A program made the translations under genes and the position numbers. A DNA stretch of 64,000 nucleotides from Eledone cirrhosa (lineage: Eukaryota), in assembly GCA_964016885.1 (NCBI GenBank), contig OZ024740.1:441874001-441938000 (forward strand). Reading direction: 5' to 3'. Positions within the stretch are counted from its first letter, which is position 1. Each line of letters begins with the position of its first letter. The notes under the pieces are model-generated. The model searched no databases. It was given only the letters and a program-made list of their open reading frames with translations, and was not told where the DNA came from. Positions 53,977 to 64,000 of this stretch are shown one piece after another.

Positions 53977-54978
53977 ATACTTGGGGAGGGTCATATTTGT
54001 GTAATATTGCCAGAATTAATAACAGAACACACTCACTGTTTGGTTGATTTTCGCTTTTCGCTTCTGTGTCTTTTATATCGGTAATCTAATATACTCGGTC
54101 CTCAATGTTGCTATTGACTGACCGACGGTCAAATATAATACAGATACAATATAGACACAAACACATATATATAGTTTATCATAAATCTTTCGTTGCACAT
54201 CTGCAACATCGTCAGTGGTGCTATTGTTTCCTCCCGTTACATTGTATGTCTACGCCATTTTTATTTAGTCTGTCTATATATTTATTTATTTATTTGCTTG
54301 TTTGTTTATTTTATTTTGTCTTCTTTGCGCATGCATTTGCGTGTGTCTATAGTGTTTTGTTTGATGTGTGTTCATGATTGGGTGACTAGTGTGTGTTTAT
54401 ATGTGTTTGTTGTTATTGTCTTGTATATGTATTTATTTATTTATTTATCTATTTATTTATTTATTTATTTATACTTCTCTTAGGTCAGTGTTGTTTGTTT
54501 GGGTGTTGTTGTTATTCCATTCATTCTTTCTGTTTAGCCTTGGCCTTGTTGTTGTCTGGCATGTTCGTATAGTACTGACCCGTTTTTTCGTCCTTTTAGT
54601 TCCCCCCAGTGTTGGTCTATCCTTTCACCTATGCTACGAGCTGTCTCGCCTATGTATGTTGTTGTCATGTTTCTGCAAGTACCCTCTGTATATCTTATGC
54701 TCTAGACTACGTTTCTAGTTTTACAGTTTATCCGGGGGTTTACCTTACATATGATACATTTCCTATTAGTAGAGTGGGTTTTCTTAAAAGGGTAGGTTTT
54801 GCTGATCAGGGATTTTATGGTGGTTCCTGGCTTTTCTACCACCTTAATCTTTAAGCGAAAACCAACCAAACAGTGAGTGTGTTCTGTTATTAATTCTGGC
54901 AATATTACACAAATATGACCCTCCCCAAATATAACAATATTTGTTTCGACACACGATTTCATATAAAAAACCTCGCAA

Positions 54979-54981
<3 letters not shown>
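53969..54981. mobile_element. F-related inverted-repeat element enclosing a PLE GIY-YIG fragment (minus strand, about 54620-54850)
   Basis: Arms 53969-54056 and 54854-54940 share ATGACCCTCCC.AA.TATAACAATA with F; KVVEKPG..IKSLI.K.YPF..C..C...CKTRNVV*SIR...YIGETARSIGER. Confidence 0.8.
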
Positions 54982-55030
<49 letters not shown>

Positions 55031-55032
<2 letters not shown>

Positions 55033-56294
55033 AATATATAAGAACCGTAATTTCGACGACTCTATTTGGATTAAAAAATCTAATAGTACCCCATTCGAAG
55101 TGAGTATTGGGGCCAGCGATTCTGCGGAGGTTACTGATCCTATCAACCTTTTCCTTCTTTTCTCTATCAAGGAAGAATTCCCAAACGTGGGCGGTGGTTT
55201 GTACCGTGATGATGGTCTTTTGACCATGACTAAGTGCGGCCTACGTGCTTGCGACAGGTTCAGAAAAGAACTCACAGCCTTCTTTAAACGCTTCAATCTC
55301 TCCATACAGGTTGAGGCCAACCTCTCGGTCGTTAATTACCTCGAGGTTACCCTCAATTTATCGAATAGATTGAATTACCCGTATAGAAAGCCGAATGATA
55401 CGCGTAATTACATAAGTAAGCATTCTAACCATCCTGCCAGCATAACCAAGAACCTGGTAAGAAACGTTTCTCTGAGGCTTTCCCGTCTATCTACTAACGA
55501 GCATATTTTCAACGACCATTCCACATATTACAATGAAGCTCTTGCTCGGAGTGTATTTGTCGATAAGGTAGCATATACAGAGTACGAGAATAGACCTAGA
55601 AGAAATAGATCCCGACGCATGATATGGTATAACCCACCATATAATATGGAGGTGGCCACACCATTAGCTAAGATCTTTCTCTCTCTTATTATGAAGCATT
55701 TCCCCCTACACATAAATATAGTAAAATTTTTAATAGAAATACTATTAAAATTTCTTACTTTACGACTCCTAACCTTGCACATAATACCACAGCTTCAAAT
55801 TTAGCTAAACTACCTAGCCGTAGGAACACGTGCCACCCTGTAGTTAATACTAACTGTAATTGTAGGAATCGGGGTGACTGCCCCCTATCCGGCAAATGCC
55901 TCTCTAGTAACATTGTCTACAAATGTAAGGTTGAAACACCCACGTCCCGTAGGGCCTACATAGGTTTAGCCGCCAATAGATTCAAGCAGCGTCTTTACAT
56001 GCATACCCATTCTTTTCGTTACCCTTTAAAAGGAATATGACGTCACTTTCAGCTTATATCTGGAGTTTAAAAGACAACCACACCCAATATAAGTTACACT
56101 GGGAGATCCTAGCTAGGGCTAGATCGTATAACGGAAATAAAAGAGCATGTGACCTCTGCGCCGCTGAGGCCCTGGAAATACTCTACACCAAAGACTACAT
56201 CTTAAACAAAAAATCTGAGGCAATTTCGGCTTGTAAACATAAATTGCATAAAACTTTCCTGTATTACAGCCCCACATTATACCCTAACGGATAG
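55031..56294 (+). pseudogene. Nematis-type PLE, RT 3' half plus GIY-YIG
   Basis: IGASDSAEV, GLYRDDGL, NYLEVTLNL, YRKPND, SNHP, WYNPPY, CNCRNRGDCPLSGKCL..IVYKC...YIG, CDLC. Confidence 0.92.
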
Positions 56295-57171
56295 TACGAA
56301 CTATACGCGGATAGTTTACGTCCTGATGTGGTAGCTAAGTATATGTTATGTTTATACCATTACTTATTTGTATAGGTAAGTATATATTACCCGTATGTTT
56401 TGTGAAGGTACGTATACTTTCTCGTATGTATACTTGATTGTATATGTTATGGCGTATATATATATATATATATATATATCCTGGTACATATGCTTTTGGT
56501 TATGTGTATACGTGAGTTTTGCCTCTGTGTGAGTATGCGGGTTCGTACGTATGTAGGGTGTGTGTATATGTGTACTTCATGTTTTGGTTGACGTACGTCT
56601 CCGAACATGTGTGCGCGCTTGTTATATACGTATTTATTTATTTATATACGTTTATTTAATTATATGTATACACGCACACACACATATGTATATATATATA
56701 TTTTTTTTTTATATATATTTTTTTATGTGTATTTGGTGTATACATTCGTATGCATGCGGGTACAGGCGTTGCGTGTTTTGGGGGTTTTTTTTGTTCTTTT
56801 TTGTGTACGTGCGTGTATTTGTATACCTATGGCGAGTGTTTTGCGTATGCTTGTATATGTACGTATATGGATGCGTGTATGTATTTATTTATCTCAATTA
56901 CCTCTGTATTTTATTTACTTTATTCTCAACTCTGAAGGCGAGAATCATTCGGTTTCCTAGTTAGAATTTGAGTCTACCACTTCAGCTATACCATTTACGT
57001 GGTTTTGTCTTTGCGTGCAATTGTTCTCTTGCAGCCGAGTATGACTTGGTAGTATGTACAATGGTTTCGCTGGGGTTTGACTGGTTTGGACAGTCACAAG
57101 CAGACTCCTTCCCTACCATCTTGACTCTGATTCAAAGGAACAACCATGTGACAACAGGAAGATGAGAGGGC

Positions 57172-57270
57172 AGCACCAGTACTGGGCTGGTATCTTTTTT
57201 ATTGGTCCCAGGAGGATGAAAGGCAAAGCGGGCCTTGGCAGGATTTGAATTCAGAACACAGAGACCAGCA
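57172..57270 (-). mobile_element. SINE fragment
   Basis: Reverse complement reads TCTGAATTCAAATCCTGCCAAGG..CTTTGCCTTTCATCC...GATACCAG. Confidence 0.7.
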
Positions 57271-57369
57271 ACAATTATCCAGGGATAACTTAGAAAATAT
57301 AACTTATAACAGTAGGTTTTAGAAAAGTAGGTTTTATAGACTGACTAATACATAGTTACAATTTCAAGG

Positions 57370-58215
57370 AAATCGGTCTGACCCCTAAAAAGTTGAAAAA
57401 ACGCAGTTTTTCACTTAATGCGGGCCCTAGGGGATCAAAAAGTTGAATTTTTTATGTGCATAACACTCCCTGAAACATAAGTAATACACATGTAAAGTTT
57501 GAAAAAAGTCAGTTGGGTATTTCTTGAGTTTTAGGGATTCAAACTCACAGACACACACACAGGCAGACATCCTAGGGAAGTGACGTAATTCAGACAGCCA
57601 GCCATACAGACAGATATTATAAGGGCGCGACGTTATATGTATGTATCTATCTAAAAAGCGAAAGACTAAGAATTATAGAGAGAGATTGCTAAATCGCCAA
57701 ATGCTAAATCCCTAGGGCATTGAAAATTTGAAATTTCTTTTGCTCAGAACACTCCCTGAAACTTAAGTATTACATGTGTAAAGTTTGAAAACAGTCGGTT
57801 GGGTGTTTCTCGAGCTTTAGGGATTCAAACTCACACACACAGACAGACATCCTCAGTTTTATATATATAGACTAGCAGAAAACCACACGGGGGCGGTTTT
57901 CTGCTATCTATATATCTAAAACAGAGAATGTCTGTCTGTCTGTCAGCTCACTAAAACTTGAAAACCATCCAACCGATTGTTTTCAAACTTTAGACATGTA
58001 ATACTTATGGTCCTGTGAGTGTTTAGAGCAAAAATTATTTCAAATTTTCAATACCCTAGGGACCGCATTAAGCGATTTAGCGTTCTCTCTATATAATTCT
58101 TAGTCTTTCTTTTTAGATAGATACATAGATATAACGTTGCGCCCTTATAATATCTGTCTGTATGTCTGGCTGTCTGCATTACGTCATTATGACGCGCTCA
58201 GTGTGTGTGTGTATC
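57370..58215. mobile_element. Head-to-head pair of Helitron 5' fragments (minus 57370-57871; plus from 57907)
   Basis: Both align to 7407-7900; separated by a palindromic spacer. Confidence 0.8.
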
Positions 58216-58960
58216 TGTTAGAACACGAAAAGTGTGAAACAACAGAATGTTCACTTTTCGTGTTCTAACATATATGCCTAGCTTCTTTAAAAAATTTTCG
58301 GGGATAGCCGTGGTGGTGGTGATCGTATGTCATTGGCTAATTTTCAACCAATCAGAGTACCTCTCTCTATATCTCTTCCACTGTTACTTATGCCTGTTTC
58401 TCTCTATCTGTTCCGTCTCTATATATATCTCTTACTCTTTCGCTTTGCACTCCTCCCCTTCAATACCATCTCTCCCCCTCTCTATATATTTGTTACTCTA
58501 TCGCTGCACGCTCCTCTCCTTCAATATATCAATTACACACGCTTTACACTCCTTTATCCCCAGCGCCCCTATATATACACCCCCCCCCCTCTCCCGCATC
58601 TATATTTTAATGTACCGTTGCACCGTGAATATATGTGTCTATATATATATACATATATATTGTATATACACATTCATGTATGTGTATACACACTCATGTA
58701 TGTATATACACTGGTTTTATGTGTGTATTGTAAATTTGTACTGTTAAAACACGAAACTAACATTCGATTGACACTTTGATTACCTGTACAGGCAATAGTT
58801 ATTAGAATGCTGTTGAAGTGTGTATATATTTTTGGGGGACATCCTGTATATACACACATTATATATAATACAATAAACAGATAAATACACACATATATAT
58901 ATGAGCTTATTTATTATAAATATTGTGAATTTTTAACTCAGTTCAATTATATATATAAAT

Positions 58961-59004
58961 GGCTTCTACAGGACTAGAACTGTTTCATTCGAAAGAAATC
59001 ATCA
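58961..59004 (-). ncRNA. Family A hammerhead fragment truncated at the core
   Basis: TGATGA-TTTCTTTCGAAT-GAAA-CAGTTCTAGTCCTG-TA-GAAGC next to a short (TA)n. Confidence 0.7.
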
Positions 59005-59635
59005 TAATATTGAGAGGGGGGACTAGATAAAATATTTCAAATCAAATGTGTATAAGTTATAAGTTAAAATGTATAAATAGAGACGATAGTGGAGGTATAT
59101 CTGTTTAGTGGAACAGTAGACGATAGAATTAAATACAGACGAGAATCTCCCTTTAATGAAACAGCAGACGATAGAATTAAGGCAATTTAAATTTTAAGCA
59201 TTTGCATTTTTGCCTTTCATCGTTACGGGGTCGATAAAATAAAGTACCAGTAATACACTGTCACTAGACGACTTTCAAATTGAATTGTTGGTTCCATTTC
59301 TTTAGTATTTTCAATTGTAGTTATCTACTTAAAAAGCGTTACACGGTTAGAGACATAATTCGTAAGTTATATCTTCCCTATTAAACCATTGCATTATTTC
59401 GCCTACAATAGAACAAAAATGAAATGTTCTTTAAAGAAACAGGAATATAACTTTATAAAAAAAAAAGTTGCATCCGCTTCTTTTATCATTGATAATTTTT
59501 TCGTTTTAATATTAATTGTTTTTTGTAATTGTTTATATTAAAAATCTTACTGTAATATTTACTTAAACGAAGGCAAACATCTAAACTTATAGATTAATCT
59601 TGAGCGAAGGACTAGATAAATCTCTCTCTCTCTCC

Positions 59636-59668
<33 letters not shown>

Positions 59669-60049
59669 AACGAAGAATGATAAAATTTCAAGCAAAGAGT
59701 TTAATTAGGTATATTTTGTAATATTATTAACTAATTATTATAATTAACGCGCATATTTTGCTATCCTCAAACACGTTTACACATGGCATGAAATATAACT
59801 AATCCGAGATGGCTAGGTTTCATCTTCTAACTGGATATACGAAATCCATTATGTCTTGACAACAACATGAGGTAACATTATGTTATTCACAGACACACTT
59901 TGTACACTGTTCCATATCAGAATGTATTTCCTTCGTCACATTCACAAACAGTATTGAAAATATGTTCTTCGGCAAATAAAAATGTTTTGTTCATAATATT
60001 TCAACTAGCGATTGCTCTACTTCACGCACGACCACCATAAATTAATGAC

Positions 60050-60236
60050 CAGCTCAACACAAGTATTGGTAGAGCGTCAGACACCATGCTTTGCAGTATT
60101 GTTATGGTCCTTTGCATTCTAAGTTCAAATCCTGCCGAGGTTAACTTCGACTTTCATACTTACTAATTCGATAAAATAAAGTACCAGTAATGGACTGCCG
60201 TAATGGATTTGTGCCGAAAAATAGAAACACTATTAA
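60050..60236 (+). mobile_element. tRNA-derived SINE (other partial copies at 37285-37365 and 59208-59260)
   Basis: GTTCAAATCC B-box and ATAAAATAAAGTACCAGTAA core. Confidence 0.8.
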
Positions 60237-60785
60237 TGTGCAATAAGAGCAAAATATAACGACATTGCTCAATTATTTTATCTAATGTTGTAATAACACA
60301 AGGAAATGTTGTTTGTGTATTTTTTTTTATATTTGCTCATAGGCTTTTACAATTTCGCTCAGCCAACAACTATTAAAAAGTGAGTTGCTTAAGATAACAA
60401 TTTAATCACAAATTGTTGCTATCTTTTAATACACTCCAACAAGTCATCAAATTATGTACAATAAAAACAAATCTTATTAATTTGCTCAGGGAATATAAAG
60501 AAAATGTATATACACTGATAATTGCAATTGTATGTAAATATTTTGTTTTTGTATTGTATATTTTATGTTTTCTATTATGTATAATATATTGATTTAATAT
60601 TGATTGTTTTTTGTAGTTGTTTATATAAAAAGTCTGAAAATATTTTTATACATCTTACACTAATATTTATAAGATAATTTATAATAACAATTACATAATC
60701 TAATTACATTACAACGATAATTTATTATTAATATATATCCTGTTTAACTAGAGTTATTACAAGCGTTGCCTTAAAAAAATATTAA

Positions 60786-61742
60786 ACTAGACATGAAAAA
60801 TGCGCAAGCTCAAAAGTGCCACAGAATGTTATAATAAACCTTCAAAAGTGTGGGACTAGAGTTGTTGCTAAAAAATATTGTAATCATTATATATCGTACA
60901 TTCTGTGGCATCCTTTATAAAAATAGCTTAAACCAACGAAGCCTTTATTTTTACGCTATTTCACTTAGTTAATTCTTAGAGTGTAACATATAAAAATAAA
61001 TACATCTATGTTTAATGTAATAACAGCTATAAATAATTACGTAATATTATTATCATATACTCATAGTAACAAAATAATTGTGTTGAAACTTAATATGATG
61101 CTTATATGAACGATCAAATCTATAATGATAATTTCTTAAATATACTAATAGTAAAATAATTTAGTTATCTATTGTTACATTTTCATAGAACTATAATATT
61201 AACAATCGTATTGCATTATCAAATTTTTATCACTACAAACTTTCATATTGGAATTACCTTAAGCCACTTATTATTACTTCGCTTTCGTACTTTTACAGCT
61301 GTAGATATTGCGCTGTATCTTATATCTAATATCAATATCTCGTGGTAATTTGCATGAAGTGTAAAATAGGTTTATTAATAACTTTAATATGAAATGTATT
61401 ATACAGGGCTGCGGAGTCGGCCAAAAATTGACTGGCTCCAACTCAGGATCCGATACTCCATTATTTCCTAAATTTCAGCTCCGCAGCTCTGTTATTATAT
61501 TAATTAATTTATTTTATAGTTGTAAATCATATTTTTATATGTTACACTCTAAGAATTAACTAAGTGAAATAGCGTAAAAATAAAGGCTTCGTTGGTTTAA
61601 GCTATTTTTATAAAGGATGCCACAGAATGTACGATATATAATGATTACAATATTTTTTAGCAACAACTCTAGTCCCACACTTTTGAAGGTTTATTATAAC
61701 ATTCTGTGGCACTTTTGAGCTTGCGCATTTTTCATGTCTAGT
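60786..61742. repeat. Perfect 213 bp inverted repeat (60786-60998 and 61530-61742)
   Basis: No mismatches seen by eye; right arm ends at a short (TA)n. Confidence 0.9.
61404..61491. mobile_element. 88 bp hAT-like MITE
   Basis: TIRs CAGGGCTGCGGAG / CTCCGCAGCTCTG; flanks GTATTATA / TTATTATA (7 of 8 bp TSD). Confidence 0.7.
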
Positions 61743-62045
61743 ATATATATGTATCGTAATGCAGACAGCAAGACATAGCTTTCCTTCCCCTCTTCCAGCG
61801 TCTCTCTCTCCCTCCCGCTATCCCCCTCTTGTAGTCTGTCTCTTTCTTTCACTCTCACTCTCTCTCTACGCGTCGGACAGACAGACAGAGAAATTGCTGG
61901 TTATATATTATAAGGAGATATCTATATATTACAAGGGAGACTATTCAGTATACTGAAGGAGTTATTTTCCTTGGTATAGAGTGAATGAAAAAGTGAAAAC
62001 TGTCCGGACGAGAAAAACTGATTTGATCTGACCAAACAAGCTCTC

Positions 62046-62133
<88 letters not shown>

Positions 62134-62167
62134 AGCGAGAGAGAGAGAGAGAGGGGAATCACCAGGA

Positions 62168-62295
62168 GAGATTTCCTGAAGGTTTCTTTTGAATGAAATA
62201 GTTGTAGTCCTGTGGAAGTTATATTAAACATGATGTTTACACTCTACTGATGTATTGAGTACTTTAGTAACTGTGGTTCCTCCAGATTGAACCAG

Positions 62296-62300
<5 letters not shown>
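62168..62300 (+). mobile_element. Old family A 3' end with degenerate hammerhead
   Basis: GATTTC-CTGAAGG...GAAT-GAAA-TAG..TAGTCCTG-TG-GAAGTT and tail ATGTATTGAGTAC...ACTGTGGTT. Confidence 0.65.
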
Positions 62301-62378
<78 letters not shown>

Positions 62379-62682
62379 GTGTGTGTGTGTGTAGGAATTG
62401 GTCGACAAAATCTCAGACCTCATCCGTTTACCAAGTGAGGTAGAACACGTCAAATCAAACCAAGGAAACGATGTTTCTATTAGTCCTTCGATCGTAACTG
62501 GTAGAAAGTGCAACGTGTAATAAGATGTCCTGTTGAAGGAGATAATGCATCACTTGGTCAGGGAATCCAAATCACAACCTCACCACTGAATATCCAACTC
62601 CCTATCCACCAAGCCACGGGCCTTCATGTAGGCCTCAAACAATAATAAACAAAATGTGTCGTTTTCCGAAATCTAATTGATA

Positions 62683-62783
62683 CATTTAAGGCTTTCCATA
62701 TATTTTACAACAGTTTCTATTTAAGGCTTTTCATATATTTTACAACAGTTTCCATGTAGGCTTTCCATATATTTTACAACAGT
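62683..62783. repeat. About 33-34 bp tandem repeat, 3 copies
   Basis: AAGGCTTTCCATATATTTTACAACAGTTTC units. Confidence 0.85.
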
Positions 62784-63196
62784 ATGCATTTCGTTTGATT
62801 TAATTCTCAAGTGACACTGAGTGGTATATTTCTTAGTTTCATTGCTAATTAAGAAAACCTATATTAATGTTTAGGGGCTAGAATAAGAAACCCACAGTTA
62901 GTTGTGTAGTGAGAAGCAGGGCATCAAAATATTGAGAACACCTGATCCGAATACCTGCAACAGAAGGGCCACTATAAAAGAAACAAGTTTCGCTAAGTAG
63001 GTCTGAGTAACATCAAAGTACCGCCAAAATATGCGGCAGTTCTGTGAGATAAAATGACTTTTAATATATGTTATGAATGATATAAAAATAATCTCTCTGC
63101 AATAATTTTAGTGTGTGCTGACATCTTTTCCAGTTCAGTGGGTTTATATGCCCCATTATTAGAATATATTATGTAATCAATGTTACGGTGAAATTC

Positions 63197-63590
63197 ATAT
63201 ATATAGTTGGTCATATAAATAGTCATATATACAGTCAGTCATATAAACAGTCATATATTCAGTCAGTCATATAAACAATCATATATACAGTTGGTCATAT
63301 AAACAGTCATATATACAGTCAGTCATATAAACAGTCATATATACAGTCAGTCATATAAAAAATCATATATACAGTCGGTCATATAAACAGTCATATATAC
63401 AGTCAGTCATATAAACAGTCATATATACAGTCAGTCATATAAACAGTCATATATACAGTCAGTCATATAAACAGTCATATATACAGTCGGCCATATAAAC
63501 AGTCATATATACAGTCAGTCATATAAACAGTCATATATACAGCAGTCATATAAACAGTAATATATACAGTCAGTCATATATAGTCAGTTA
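63197..63590. repeat. 28 bp minisatellite
   Basis: CATATATACAGTCAGTCATATAAACAGT units. Confidence 0.95.
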
Positions 63591-63884
63591 AATATTATTG
63601 GTATTAATTACTGGTTTACCTTACCTAAAGATGAGTTTAAACATAAACACAAAATATGTGTACGTGTGTGTATGTTTATGTATGTGTGTGTGTGTATGAC
63701 TATGTGTCTGTATGCCTGTATATGCCTGTGGTTGAAGCTTGTTCCAGCCGTGTCGCAGTAGGGTGAATGATTTGAGGGAAGATTTGGCTGCTATATCTAG
63801 CAAATTGAAAACCGACTGCATTTGTTATACAAGGGAAATAACTCAGATTCTTTTTTTCAACTATTTTCTGAGATTGAAATGGTG

Positions 63885-64000
63885 GAGTTACAGTCTTAGT
63901 TCAAATCCAAACGAGGTTAACTTTGCCTTTCATCCTTACGGGGTCGATAAAATAAAGTACCAGTAATGTACTGGGGTAATTGCTGGCCTTGTGCCAAAAG
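63885..64000 (+). mobile_element. tRNA-derived SINE, running off the window end
   Basis: AGTTCAAATCC..GAGGTTAACTTTGCCTTTCATCCTTACGGGGTCGATAAAATAAAGTACCAG. Confidence 0.85.

Noticed and set aside
59840-59975. Cys-rich minus-strand peptide (CTKCVCE...SCCC) as a host exon
   Set aside because: In-frame stop, no clear splice sites and no recognisable domain.

Overview
Animal (AT-rich, microsatellite-dense; SINE and LINE-tail sequences recall octopus/cephalopod DNA, from memory and not verified) non-genic window made almost entirely of transposable elements. No host gene is supportable. It contains a decayed hAT-Charlie transposon, Helitrons, RTE fragments, a near full-length Tx1 LINE, CR1/L2-group LINE fragments, a Tc1/mariner relic and tRNA-derived SINEs. 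The dominant feature (about 8.7-42 kb and 52-62 kb) is a nest of Penelope-like retroelements (PLEs; Neptune- and Nematis-type GIY-YIG fragments) inserted into (TA)n microsatellites. Between the (TA)n tracts I can fold by eye hammerhead ribozyme (HHR) motifs from about ten different sequence families. Many sit in tiny non-coding elements (130-900 bp) built as fold-back palindromes or partial tandems, and their breakpoints cluster on the ribozyme itself. Two diverged Neptune-type copies also carry a conserved upstream coiled-coil-like ORF1 that may join the RT by a -1 frameshift at a T6 run. Family letters A-L are my own working labels. Most ORFs in the supplied track are microsatellite artefacts.
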